DNA from: Candidatus Chisholmbacteria bacterium
GTDB taxonomy: Bacteria; Patescibacteriota; Microgenomatia; UBA1400; Chisholmbacteraceae
NCBI GenBank assembly: GCA_963704905.1
Contig: CAVPHZ010000001.1
Location: forward strand, 515,438 to 579,437
Direction: 5' to 3'
Length of the DNA stretch: 64,000 nt
The position numbers and the translations under genes are program-made. Positions 9,761-18,412 of this stretch are shown one piece after another. The notes beneath the pieces are model-generated. The model saw only the letters and a list, made by a program, of their open reading frames with translations, was not told the origin of the DNA and made no database searches. Position 1 is the first letter of the stretch; each line of letters opens with the position of its first letter.

Positions 9761-10738
9761 ATGGAATTTTTTAAGGGTAATTATGTTGATCTGATCATCT
9801 TAGCTCTTCTTTCGATTTGGGTGTTTGATGGATGGGAGCGGGGGTTTTTTCTTTTACTGGCCGACCTTGTGGCATTTATCGGTTCGTTTTTGTTTGGTTT
9901 GGCGTTTTACTCCCGGGCTGCTTACTTATTTACAATCTACTTTTCCTTATCCCGGGGTTTTGCAAATGCGCTTGGATTTTTCTTCGTATATGGTATGGCT
10001 CATGCACTCATTGCAACTCTTTTAGTGAGCGCATTGCGAAAGGTACCAATCGATTATCTGCCAAAGTTATGGCACAAAGCACTAGGCATCTTTCCGGCTC
10101 TTATCAATGGTTCAATTTTGGTTGCTGCAGTTTTAACTTTATCGGTTAGTTTGCCGATTTATGGAGGAGTGAAGAAGGCGATAGCGGATAGTGAAATTGG
10201 AGGTTTTTTTGTTAGTAGAACCAGTGCATTGGAACAAACGATTAACCGTGTATTCGGAGAGGCGATACAGGAAAGTTTGGCTTTTCTTACCGTGGAGCCA
10301 GAGGGTACTGAGCGCATAGATCTCGGATTTGAGGTTGAGGAACCTGAGCTCGTAGTTTCTGAGCGACTTGAGAAGGCAATGTTTGCTCTGGTGAATCATG
10401 AGCGGGGCGTGAATGGTGTGGCTGAGCTTGTTTGGGATCCCTCGATCGTTCCGGTAGCGCGGGCGCATGCCGAAGATATGTTCGTTCATGGGTATTTCTC
10501 TCATGTGAGTCCTAACGGAGATGATGTTGGAGATCGATTGATGGAGGGTGGTGTTGACTATTTACTCGCTGGCGAGAATCTTGCATTCGCCCCGAGTTTA
10601 GAAATTGCGCATGATGGGTTGATGCAAAGTCCTGGACACCGGAAGAATATTTTAGAACCGGAATTTGGTCGAGTTGGAATCGGAGTAATAGATGGCGGAT
10701 CATATGGGAGAATGTTTGTGCAGGTATTTGCTAATTAA
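9761..10738 (+). CDS. CvpA-family membrane domain fused to CAP/SCP (YkwD-like) domain
   Basis: The N-terminus has 4 TM helices of colicin-V-production type. The C-terminus has 'GHRKNILEPEFGRVGIGV', a CAP-domain signature. Confidence 0.6.
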   Translation: MEFFKGNYVDLIILALLSIWVFDGWERGFFLLLADLVAFIGSFLFGLAFYSRAAYLFTIYFSLSRGFANALGFFFVYGMAHALIATLLVSALRKVPIDYLPKLWHKALGIFPALINGSILVAAVLTLSVSLPIYGGVKKAIADSEIGGFFVSRTSALEQTINRVFGEAIQESLAFLTVEPEGTERIDLGFEVEEPELVVSERLEKAMFALVNHERGVNGVAELVWDPSIVPVARAHAEDMFVHGYFSHVSPNGDDVGDRLMEGGVDYLLAGENLAFAPSLEIAHDGLMQSPGHRKNILEPEFGRVGIGVIDGGSYGRMFVQVFAN

Positions 10739-11047
10739 TTGCTACCTATGAGTTTTTTTGATGATGTTTATCAGATTGTAGTGAAAATTCCCAAAGGGAA
10801 AGTGACGACCTATGGGGAAATAGCGCGGGTGTTGGGAACGAAGGATGCCAGGAAAGTTGGATGGGCAATGCATGGGAATAAAAATCCGAAGGTTCCCTGT
10901 CATCGAGTAGTTTCAAAAGCTGGGCGGTTGGCTCCCAACTTTGCTTTTAATGGGGCAGAGGAGCAACGGCGCCGATTAGAAGCAGAAGGAATATCATTTG
11001 TGGATACTATGCACGTAGACATGAAGCGTCATATTCATTCCTTTTAA
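10739..11047 (+). CDS. MGMT-family (methylated-DNA-protein-cysteine methyltransferase DNA-binding domain) protein
   Basis: It has the active-site motif 'PCHRVV' in a 102-aa protein. Confidence 0.65.
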   Translation: MLPMSFFDDVYQIVVKIPKGKVTTYGEIARVLGTKDARKVGWAMHGNKNPKVPCHRVVSKAGRLAPNFAFNGAEEQRRRLEAEGISFVDTMHVDMKRHIHSF

Positions 11048-11089
11048 AGGTTTCTTGTTGCAACTTCAACAATTTGCTAGAGTAGAGAT

Positions 11090-11650
11090 ATGCGACAGCT
11101 TGTGCGAAAGCATCTTCTCGTACTAATTGTTTATCTTGGTGTTGTGACAATACTTCGTGCTGAACTTCCTCGAACGATTAGTATGTTTTTTGATCTGGTC
11201 GGTTTTTGGGTTGGAGGTGTAATCGGGATGGCTCTACTTGATCTTGATAGGCTTATTCATGTTTATATTGAACGCCCAGATGAACAGCTGAGTCAGCAGA
11301 TGAGAATGCACTTATCAAAGCAACAGTGGAAGAATGCACTCGAAACTATTCTGATTCGCCGACGCGAGCAGTATCACCTTGCATTTCGAAATGGTATATT
11401 TGCGGCTGTTTTTATGGTTGTCGTCTTTTTTGCCTTTTCCAGTTCAGCTGGTCTTTTTGGCAAAGGTCTTACAGCAGGTGTGATGGTGCACTTTCTCTAC
11501 GACGCATGGCGGGATTACCTTCGCGATAAAGAGCGATTCAAGTCTTGGTTTTTGTGGATGGTACAACGTGAGATCCCTCTTCGAGAGCAAAAGCTCGCTT
11601 TGTACGGCTTAACTGGGATTTTTGGGTTTTTGAGTTTGCTTCTTCTTTAA
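11090..11650 (+). CDS. hypothetical membrane protein
   Basis: The ORF has several TM segments. Confidence 0.4.
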   Translation: MRQLVRKHLLVLIVYLGVVTILRAELPRTISMFFDLVGFWVGGVIGMALLDLDRLIHVYIERPDEQLSQQMRMHLSKQQWKNALETILIRRREQYHLAFRNGIFAAVFMVVVFFAFSSSAGLFGKGLTAGVMVHFLYDAWRDYLRDKERFKSWFLWMVQREIPLREQKLALYGLTGIFGFLSLLLL

Positions 11651-11709
11651 GTCGTCTGGAACAACTTGGTTCGGTCTCAAATTTTCTTGAACAGGGTAGA
11701 ATACAGACT

Positions 11710-12495
11710 ATGATTCAACTAGGTCCACTTACACTTCGTTTATATGGATTGATTCTGGGTATTGCCGCCGGAGTTGGGTTTTGGGTTGCAGATAAGATGA
11801 GAGTCCGATTAGCTGTTTTTCAATCAACGCTTAATAATCTTGATATCTGGGGTGGGATGTGGTGGGTGGTCTTATCATCACTTATTGGAGCTCGGATTTA
11901 TCATGTGATTGGTGTTTGGGAGTATTACTCTTCCAACCCTTTTCAAATCATCGCTGTGTGGAATGGTGGACTTGGGATCTTTGGGGCGATTTTTGGAGGA
12001 TTGGCTGGGGCATGGCTGTATTCACGTCGATATGGTATTCCTCTTTTGGATATTGCTGATCTTGGTGCTTTTGGCTTGCCAATCGGGCAGGCAATAGGGA
12101 GATGGGGAAACTTTATAAACCATGAATTGTATGGCAAACCTACACATTTTCCATGGGGGATTGCTATACCACAAAACTATCGATTGCCTCAAGTTGTGAT
12201 GTTTGAAAGATTTCATCCATTGTTTTTATATGAGTCACTCTACAACTTATTTGTTTTTGGAGTATTGTATTTTGTTCTTCATAAAGTTGGAATAAGAATG
12301 AAGTCGGGAATGTATTTCGCAATTTATATTACTTTGTATGGATTTGGACGGTTCTGGCTTGAGTTTTTACGGGTTGATTCTTGGAGTCTGATTGGATTGA
12401 ATATTGCTCAAGTTGTAAGTTTATTACTGATAACCATGGGATTGAGATTTGTATTTGATGCCCATATTGCAACTAAGCATGGAGGAACACGATGA
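11710..12495 (+). CDS. lgt: prolipoprotein diacylglyceryl transferase
   Basis: It carries the Lgt signature 'GRWGNFINHELYGKPT'. The protein is polytopic. Confidence 0.85.
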   Translation: MIQLGPLTLRLYGLILGIAAGVGFWVADKMRVRLAVFQSTLNNLDIWGGMWWVVLSSLIGARIYHVIGVWEYYSSNPFQIIAVWNGGLGIFGAIFGGLAGAWLYSRRYGIPLLDIADLGAFGLPIGQAIGRWGNFINHELYGKPTHFPWGIAIPQNYRLPQVVMFERFHPLFLYESLYNLFVFGVLYFVLHKVGIRMKSGMYFAIYITLYGFGRFWLEFLRVDSWSLIGLNIAQVVSLLLITMGLRFVFDAHIATKHGGTR

Positions 12496-12968
12496 GTCGT
12501 ATACGAAATACTGCAGTATTTCTTTCTCTGCTTCTTATTGTTGCCTATATTGGTCGGGTGTCTGTACGCAAACCGCAGCAAATTGAGGATTTTCAAGACG
12601 CAAGACTCACAGTACGCGAAACAACAATTGGTGTAGAAATTGCAGATTATCAAGAGGCCTGGGATCAGGGTTTATCGGGGAGAGAATCACTGGATGATCT
12701 CAGTGGAATGTTGTTTATTTATCCTGAGCGGAGAAGATTATCGTTTTGGATGAAGGAAATGCGCTTCCCGCTTGATATTGTGTTTATTCGGGATGGACGG
12801 GTGACGGAAGTATATGAGCATGTTCCTGCACCACAGGCTGGGCAGGATGGCAGAGCAATTCAAGCTCATTCCTCAGGAACTGTTGATATGGTTTTGGAAG
12901 TGAATGCAGGTTGGGCGGAGAAGTACAATGTTCAGGTTGGAGATCCAATAAAGATTGATATCAATTAA
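12492..12968 (+). CDS. DUF192 (COG1430) secreted protein
   Basis: It has the 'MLFIYPERRR..WMKEMRFPLDIVFI' pattern characteristic of DUF192. Confidence 0.6.
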   Translation: MSRIRNTAVFLSLLLIVAYIGRVSVRKPQQIEDFQDARLTVRETTIGVEIADYQEAWDQGLSGRESLDDLSGMLFIYPERRRLSFWMKEMRFPLDIVFIRDGRVTEVYEHVPAPQAGQDGRAIQAHSSGTVDMVLEVNAGWAEKYNVQVGDPIKIDIN

Positions 12969-13699
12969 TTTTTGTTGAGAAATAGTAAGGTGGAGAGAAT
13001 TTGGTTTACTTGGTCTTCGCTCGCACCCAAACTATAGATGAGGAATATCTTATTTCCTTTTGTTTTGCTGTACAGGACATATCCTGTAGGAGGAATACTT
13101 ATCGAGTTTGCCACATGCTTGGTCCACTCATTGACGCCTACATCAACTTTTTGAGTTGACATGTTTGCATCACATAAGAACCCTTGAGGTTCTGGGTTCG
13201 ACTCGCTTTTTGATTCACAGATTTGTGTAATACTTAGATTAGAAGGATTCCCTTTTATAATAATAGAAATTCCAGACTCTGCAGGTATCTGATCAGTTGT
13301 TTCTCGAAAGTTTACCTCATCAGCTTCTTGAATATTTTGGGTGGGATAAATATTCCCAATTTTCCAACTTGTAGGGTATTTTAATGAATACTTATGTTTC
13401 TTGTTTGTAAATGTTTTCCAGTTTGAAGGGTCAGTGCTGAGAGTGTTTGATTGTGGTTTTTCATAGGGTGTTGGGGTAGAAGGTGTGGGTAAAATTTCTT
13501 CAAATTTTGCTGTTTTTGTCTGTATGTTGGCGAGGAGAAGAAAGCCGAATAAACCACTCAGTGTAAAAATGATAAATGTTGTTGTCACAAGGTGTCTGAA
13601 TTTTGATGACTTTGAAGTATTTTTTCGTGCTTTTTCAATGAGCTCGTCGAGGTGGGTGGGGTGCGCTAGGTGTGATGCTGATTCTTTTTTTACTTCCAT
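12965..13699 (-). CDS. membrane-anchored secreted protein (paralogous domain shared with 14402..15583)
   Basis: It has an N-terminal TM helix. Its 'NWKTFTNKKHKYSLKYPTSWKI' domain start is shared with the neighbouring gene, and the C-terminal 'QILSTLLF' resembles that gene's 'QILSTFKF'. Confidence 0.5.
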   Translation of the reverse strand: MEVKKESASHLAHPTHLDELIEKARKNTSKSSKFRHLVTTTFIIFTLSGLFGFLLLANIQTKTAKFEEILPTPSTPTPYEKPQSNTLSTDPSNWKTFTNKKHKYSLKYPTSWKIGNIYPTQNIQEADEVNFRETTDQIPAESGISIIIKGNPSNLSITQICESKSESNPEPQGFLCDANMSTQKVDVGVNEWTKHVANSISIPPTGYVLYSKTKGNKIFLIYSLGASEDQVNQILSTLLFLNKN

Positions 13700-13700
13700 T

Positions 13701-14399
13701 CTAACGATTGATGGTTATTTCTTGAGAATTTTCACCGATTGCTTTGAGTGTGAAGCCGCCAGTTTCATTCACATAGAAATAGTAGCCGGTGAATTCTTCT
13801 GTACCGCCCTTTGGATCCTTTGGAAATTCTGCAATGAAGTCTGGACTTAAGAGGCTGACGAGATCATAGCAATCTGGAGCAGTACCAATGCAGGTGTCTT
13901 TCGAAGGGAAGTCTTCAGGTGGACCAACTTCGGCTGTATAAATATTGAGAGCGGTTGATATCTGCATGAGATCAGCTTGCCTTCTGGTGTCGGATGCTTT
14001 GTTTAAGGCTTGGGTAAAATCCAGCGGACCAATAGGTTGATTATTTGGAGAGGTGATACCAGGAGACTGAGGTTGAGGAGAACTTGTTTCTGGATCTGAT
14101 GATGGGCTCGGTTGAGGTTTTAGAAATGAGAATGGAGAAAGAATGGTTGGGGTTTGCGTACCGTTCTGGTTGGGTGAGTTGTTTTTGTTTTGCATCATAA
14201 AGAAACTAGCGGTGAGGAGGTTGGTGAGGATGACAATAACAATAGTAACTCCAGCCCAGATTTTGAATTGGGAGAAGGAAGAATCTTGGACTGTGAATTT
14301 TAGTTCTTGTTTTTCTGGACGAAGCTTCCAGCGGGGAATAGACGACTTTTGAGTTGCAAGATCTTCTGTTTTAGGATTATTTATTTGTTCATCATTCAT
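13701..14399 (-). CDS. membrane-anchored protein with pilin/pseudopilin-like C-terminal domain
   Basis: It has a TM helix and a Pro/Ser-rich linker. The C-terminal 'RRQADLMQISTALNIYTAE..C..C' resembles the type IV pilin globular domain. No prepilin cleavage motif is present. Confidence 0.45.
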   Translation of the reverse strand: MNDEQINNPKTEDLATQKSSIPRWKLRPEKQELKFTVQDSSFSQFKIWAGVTIVIVILTNLLTASFFMMQNKNNSPNQNGTQTPTILSPFSFLKPQPSPSSDPETSSPQPQSPGITSPNNQPIGPLDFTQALNKASDTRRQADLMQISTALNIYTAEVGPPEDFPSKDTCIGTAPDCYDLVSLLSPDFIAEFPKDPKGGTEEFTGYYFYVNETGGFTLKAIGENSQEITINR

Positions 14400-14401
14400 A
14401 T

Positions 14402-15583
14402 TTATTCTGTGAATTCAAACGTGGAGAGGATTTGGTTAATATCTATAGCACGGGAGCTGATGGTGTAGGCGTATGGTTTTTTGTAGATGATGGCGAAAGT
14501 TGTTGAGCGTTGCGGTTCTTCCATTTGTGTTTCGTATGTGAGTAACACAGCAGGTTGGCCATCGATGGTTGACTCTCTTTCTTCAATAAGTTTGACGACT
14601 GAGTGGCTTGCTTGCCATTTATCGAACTCTACTGCTTTTTCAAGACTTTCTTCTCGAACAATAAGTGAAAACCAGACTGTTTCTGAAAATGGTGTACCAA
14701 ATGTGACATTATTTAGATAAATATCATTGTCGGTGTGTTCTTTTGGCGGTGATTCATTTGGGTGTTTTACTTCATACCCATACTCATTATTTATATATGT
14801 TTTCCAGTTTGAGGTGTTGTTAATAAACTTGAAGGTAGAGAGGATTTGGTGCAGCAGTTGATCGGGGCTTAATTGACTAGGCTTTTGCTCGTCGAAGACG
14901 CTTAACTGAAAGTCAGCGATGTAGTTGTCAAAAGCAAGGTAGTACATGCTTGAGTCTGGGTTTGTGGGCCATTTTACTACCTCGAAATCGTTAATGACTG
15001 ACTCTTGCATGGAATTTTGATAAAAGTAAGAAACATCTTCATTTTTTAGATATTCGATGATAGTTATACGGTTGGGGTTTTGGATGATGTTTATAAATAA
15101 TTGGATTTCTGAATTAGTTTTCGCCGGATTCAGCTTTGCTATTAAGATTGTGGAAGCTACTTCCTTTTTTGGTGTAGGTGTAAGTGGCGGGAAATCTTGA
15201 GAGCCATCGATGCTTGTTATTTCCCAGTTCCTAGGATATTTAATTTCAAAACCGTATTTTTCATTTGTATATATCAACCAGTTTGTTGTTGAGTAGTGAC
15301 TGGGGGTTGGAATGCGGTCAATAACTGGTGGTAGAGCAGGCTGTTGTTCTGAGGTGAACCTTAGGAATATGAGGATTGTAATCGGGAGGAGAAGAAAAGG
15401 GAACCAGAGTTTTTTAAGAATCGTGGTGGAATTGATGAATACTTTTTTTTCAACTGATTCCTCTTTTTTTATAATCGAGTGATGAAAGTCTTTCCAGCTG
15501 GGACGACTTTTTTGCCATGGGGCTGGTTCTTTTATGGTATCCGGTTGGTTGAGGCTTGGCTGCTGATTTTGTTGATTGCTCAT
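14402..15583 (-). CDS. membrane-anchored secreted protein with two copies of the W-x-Y-x-N-x-x-Y-G-[FY]-x-[IV]-K-[YH]-P domain
   Basis: The two repeats begin 'NWLIYTNEKYGFEIKYPRNWEI' and 'NWKTYINNEYGYEVKHPNE'. It is a paralog of 12965..13699. Confidence 0.5.
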   Translation of the reverse strand: MSNQQNQQPSLNQPDTIKEPAPWQKSRPSWKDFHHSIIKKEESVEKKVFINSTTILKKLWFPFLLLPITILIFLRFTSEQQPALPPVIDRIPTPSHYSTTNWLIYTNEKYGFEIKYPRNWEITSIDGSQDFPPLTPTPKKEVASTILIAKLNPAKTNSEIQLFINIIQNPNRITIIEYLKNEDVSYFYQNSMQESVINDFEVVKWPTNPDSSMYYLAFDNYIADFQLSVFDEQKPSQLSPDQLLHQILSTFKFINNTSNWKTYINNEYGYEVKHPNESPPKEHTDNDIYLNNVTFGTPFSETVWFSLIVREESLEKAVEFDKWQASHSVVKLIEERESTIDGQPAVLLTYETQMEEPQRSTTFAIIYKKPYAYTISSRAIDINQILSTFEFTE

Positions 15584-15617
15584 TTATTTATGACGTTATG
15601 ATCATTAAACTATTTTC

Positions 15618-16397
15618 TTGGCAAGTAGGCAACGAGAGTGTACAATCTCGAGCATGGGTGACTGTACAGTTGTTGGGTGTTATCTCGAACAACATGGTGG
15701 GCTGATTAGCTTTCCTCTGGTGACTATCGCGGGTTTGGCTGATGGAATTAATCCTTGTGCGATTGGAATGATGGTGATGCTTTTGGGGTATTTGATTGTG
15801 TTTGCTAAAAAGCCACAGCGGGTTTTGCAGATAGGGATCACCTATGTTTTGTCAATATTTTTTACTTACCTGTTTATTGGTCTGGCGTTTTACTCGGTTG
15901 TGGTTCAGATTCAAGAGCTCATTTCGTATGGATTGGTGAATAAAATTGTCGGAAGTATTCTTGGAATTGCGGCTCTTATCATGCTCAAGGATGTTGTTTG
16001 GCCAGACTCTCCGATTCACTTACGAATTCCTGGAGCTAGCAAAGAGCGACTGATGAGTCTAATTGAGAGAGTGAGTTTATCAGGGACGATTCTCTTGGGT
16101 GTTGCGGTCACAATATTAGAAACTCCTTGTTCACTGCCTTTGTATGTTGGGACGGCGACACTTTTGGCAAACTCTGGGATGGCGTTTCCATTGGTGGTTG
16201 GATATTTCCTCTACTACAACCTATTGTTTGTTTTACCACTGTTGGTGGTGTTGTTTGTGGTGTGGAAAGGGAAGCAGATTGTTGAAATAAAGGAGTGGGA
16301 GCATAAAGCGGAAAAATGGATGAAGCTTTCTCTCGGATCGTTACTTCTGATTATGTCGGTTTGGTTGTTGTTTGGTGAGTATGTTTCTTTGATTTAG
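15618..16397 (+). CDS. ccdA: cytochrome c-type biogenesis / thiol-disulfide transporter CcdA (DsbD TM domain) family
   Basis: It has 'GLADGINPCAIGMMVML' and a second Cys in 'ETPCSLPL'. The protein is polytopic. Confidence 0.7.
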   Translation: MASRQRECTISSMGDCTVVGCYLEQHGGLISFPLVTIAGLADGINPCAIGMMVMLLGYLIVFAKKPQRVLQIGITYVLSIFFTYLFIGLAFYSVVVQIQELISYGLVNKIVGSILGIAALIMLKDVVWPDSPIHLRIPGASKERLMSLIERVSLSGTILLGVAVTILETPCSLPLYVGTATLLANSGMAFPLVVGYFLYYNLLFVLPLLVVLFVVWKGKQIVEIKEWEHKAEKWMKLSLGSLLLIMSVWLLFGEYVSLI

Positions 16398-16404
16398 CGC
16401 GCTT

Positions 16405-17055
16405 CTATCGATTTGGAATTGAGGCTTTACCCCAGAGAATGGGGGCTTTTTCATTTTTTAAGAATTCGTAGATCATGGCTGCTGCTTGGGTTCCTTGAGC
16501 TGCTGCATTCACCACTTGCTCTAGTGAGTCTGGAAATTTTAGACAGTTACCAGCGGTAAAGACTCCTAGTACATTCGTTTCGAGTGTGTTGCGTGAAGCA
16601 ATAAATCCATCGTTTGTTACATCAATGCCTAATGATTTTGCCAGACTGACACCAGAGTAATTTGTTCGCCTTTTTTCGTTGCCAGTTGCAAAGATTAGAG
16701 AAGCTGAGATGAAAGTGTTGTTTTGAGAGGTTTGGAGGGTGAATTTTGATGTTTGATTAGATGACTCTTTTTTAACTCCAGTTACTTTTTCATTGACGAG
16801 CTCTACTCCAGATTTTTTAACTTGTTCTAGTATCCCACTCAACCAATCTTTGCCACTGATTGATTCAACACCCGGATAATCGAAGATCATGGGTGCGAAG
16901 ATAATTTGACCGCCAATGACATCACCAATAATGAGGGTTTTAAGTTTGTAGAGGCCACAAAATAAGCCGGCCGAGAGGCCTGCTGGACCAGCTCCGATGA
17001 TGGCAATATCGTACATAACAAGGACTATTGTACGGAGGATAAAGCTGTTTGACAA
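16405..17055 (-). CDS. thioredoxin-reductase-like FAD-binding protein lacking the NADPH-binding domain and CxxC
   Basis: The N-terminus 'YDIAIIGAGPAGLSAGL' carries GxGxxG. The C-terminus 'GVFTAGNC' matches the TrxR 'GVFAAGDV' position. The protein is only 216 aa and has no CAVC motif. Confidence 0.55.
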   Translation of the reverse strand: MSNSFILRTIVLVMYDIAIIGAGPAGLSAGLFCGLYKLKTLIIGDVIGGQIIFAPMIFDYPGVESISGKDWLSGILEQVKKSGVELVNEKVTGVKKESSNQTSKFTLQTSQNNTFISASLIFATGNEKRRTNYSGVSLAKSLGIDVTNDGFIASRNTLETNVLGVFTAGNCLKFPDSLEQVVNAAAQGTQAAAMIYEFLKNEKAPILWGKASIPNR

Positions 17056-17069
17056 ACAGATTATTACTA

Positions 17070-17085
17070 ATCTAATATATTAGAT
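17070..17085. promoter_or_regulatory. perfect 16-bp palindrome ATCTAATATATTAGAT in divergent promoter region
   Basis: The palindrome is seen directly in the sequence. It sits between the divergently transcribed TrxR-like gene (start 17055, minus strand) and the yerC/trpR-like gene (start 17098). Confidence 0.4.
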
Positions 17086-17097
17086 AATTACACATCT

Positions 17098-17442
17098 ATG
17101 GCGCGTGTGAGTGTGAATAGGCCGCTTTCGGTTGATGATGAGCAAAGGCTTTTTGAGAAGCTGTTTTTAGCGCTGTCTTCTCTGGGAAACTGGCAAGAAG
17201 CCGAGGCTTTTTTGCTTGAGTTTTTGACCAAAGAAGAGTTAGCAATGTTTGCAAAGAGACTTGAGCTCTACAAACGTATATCACAAAAACAGAAGTACAA
17301 AAAGATTACTCGAGATTTGCATGTTACGAGTCAAACCATTAGTGAGGCGAAAAAGAAAATGAAGCGTACAAATGTCTACTTTTTACGGGTGTTGCGGAAG
17401 ATCCAGAGCTTGGATAAGCGTTTCTTCAAATTAGTTGATTGA
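17098..17442 (+). CDS. TrpR-like YerC/YecD family DNA-binding protein
   Basis: The segment 'EELAMFAKRLELYKRISQKQKYKKITRDLHVTSQTISEAKKKMK' matches the YerC/YecD TrpR-like fold pattern. Confidence 0.6.
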   Translation: MARVSVNRPLSVDDEQRLFEKLFLALSSLGNWQEAEAFLLEFLTKEELAMFAKRLELYKRISQKQKYKKITRDLHVTSQTISEAKKKMKRTNVYFLRVLRKIQSLDKRFFKLVD

Positions 17443-18316
17443 CATTGGTAGGAGGATTCTCAACAATACTAGTATGAATGGATGTGGAAAACAGTGTTTG
17501 TGCGTTCAGCCTTCAAAGAGTCGTTGCTTGTCGTACAAAGGTTTACTTGGGGCCTTTGTGGTTGCGGTTTTTATATCGGGGTTGCTTTTGGCTTTAAATA
17601 GTAGTGTCTTTGCTGAAACAACAGACGGGAAAGAGCCTTTCGTCGAAGAGAAAGTAGCAACGGATTCGTACAACGCTGAAGAAGATACCATTACCTCTTT
17701 GCCGCCGCTTCCTAAAGTTGATTGTTACACAACACGAGAGGTTGCTCGTGAAGTGGGAGTTGGTCGTTGTTTGGTTATTTTTGATGGTGGTGTGTATAAC
17801 GTCACCGAAGGCAATAAATGGAGCCCTGAGGGACATGTTGGGCAACATGCTTGTGGTGGGGTGTATATCTCAGATACGATCGAGCAAGGTCCACATCTTG
17901 CTGAAGTCATGAAACAATTTTATGTCGCGCCTATTTGTGGTGAGGAGGAAACGGCGATGGAGGTCTCGCCTATTCGTGGTGAGCGAGAAATTGCGGATGG
18001 AGAGGTTGGGCAATCAGACTCTGAGGTTCTTCGTCGGTGGTCTAAAAGACCTTTTGGTCTCAATGGTTGGCGAGTGTTTTTTGCGTATCTTTCAGGGATT
18101 TTCTTTATCCTTAATTTTGCCACTTGTTATGCCATGCCCTGGGCGCGGCATGGTGCGCCATGGGCTGGAGAAAAACCCGGTGAGGATGATAAAGACCAGA
18201 TTGGACATTTTCCCTTAACCCACTGGCATCCATGGTTTGCATGGGGATCAGTGCTTTTTTTAGGACTTCATGGCATTCTGGGATTTCTCTGCTCCTGGGG
18301 TGTCGCATGCCTCTAG
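17435..18316 (+). CDS. membrane protein with cytochrome b5-like domain and His/Trp-rich C-terminal TM region
   Basis: The segment 'YTTREVAREVGVGRCLVIFDGGVYNVTEG' resembles the cyt-b5 fold start, but there is no HPGG heme-ligand motif. The C-terminus has 'HFPLTHWHPWFAWG'. Confidence 0.4.
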   Translation: MIDIGRRILNNTSMNGCGKQCLCVQPSKSRCLSYKGLLGAFVVAVFISGLLLALNSSVFAETTDGKEPFVEEKVATDSYNAEEDTITSLPPLPKVDCYTTREVAREVGVGRCLVIFDGGVYNVTEGNKWSPEGHVGQHACGGVYISDTIEQGPHLAEVMKQFYVAPICGEEETAMEVSPIRGEREIADGEVGQSDSEVLRRWSKRPFGLNGWRVFFAYLSGIFFILNFATCYAMPWARHGAPWAGEKPGEDDKDQIGHFPLTHWHPWFAWGSVLFLGLHGILGFLCSWGVACL

Positions 18317-18355
18317 CTTTTATAAAGTTGACTTGACTTTTTTTAGCCAACTTAT

Positions 18356-18374
18356 TATACTAGGGGGGAGTATA
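18356..18374. promoter_or_regulatory. inverted repeat TATACT-AGGGGGG-AGTATA upstream of csoR-like gene (candidate CsoR operator / -10 region)
   Basis: A 6-bp inverted repeat flanks a G6 tract about 40 bp upstream of the 18413 start. CsoR operators are GC-tract pseudo-palindromes. Confidence 0.35.
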
Positions 18375-18412
18375 CAGAGAATTATTACTCTACTATCAGT
18401 TTCAATTTATTT

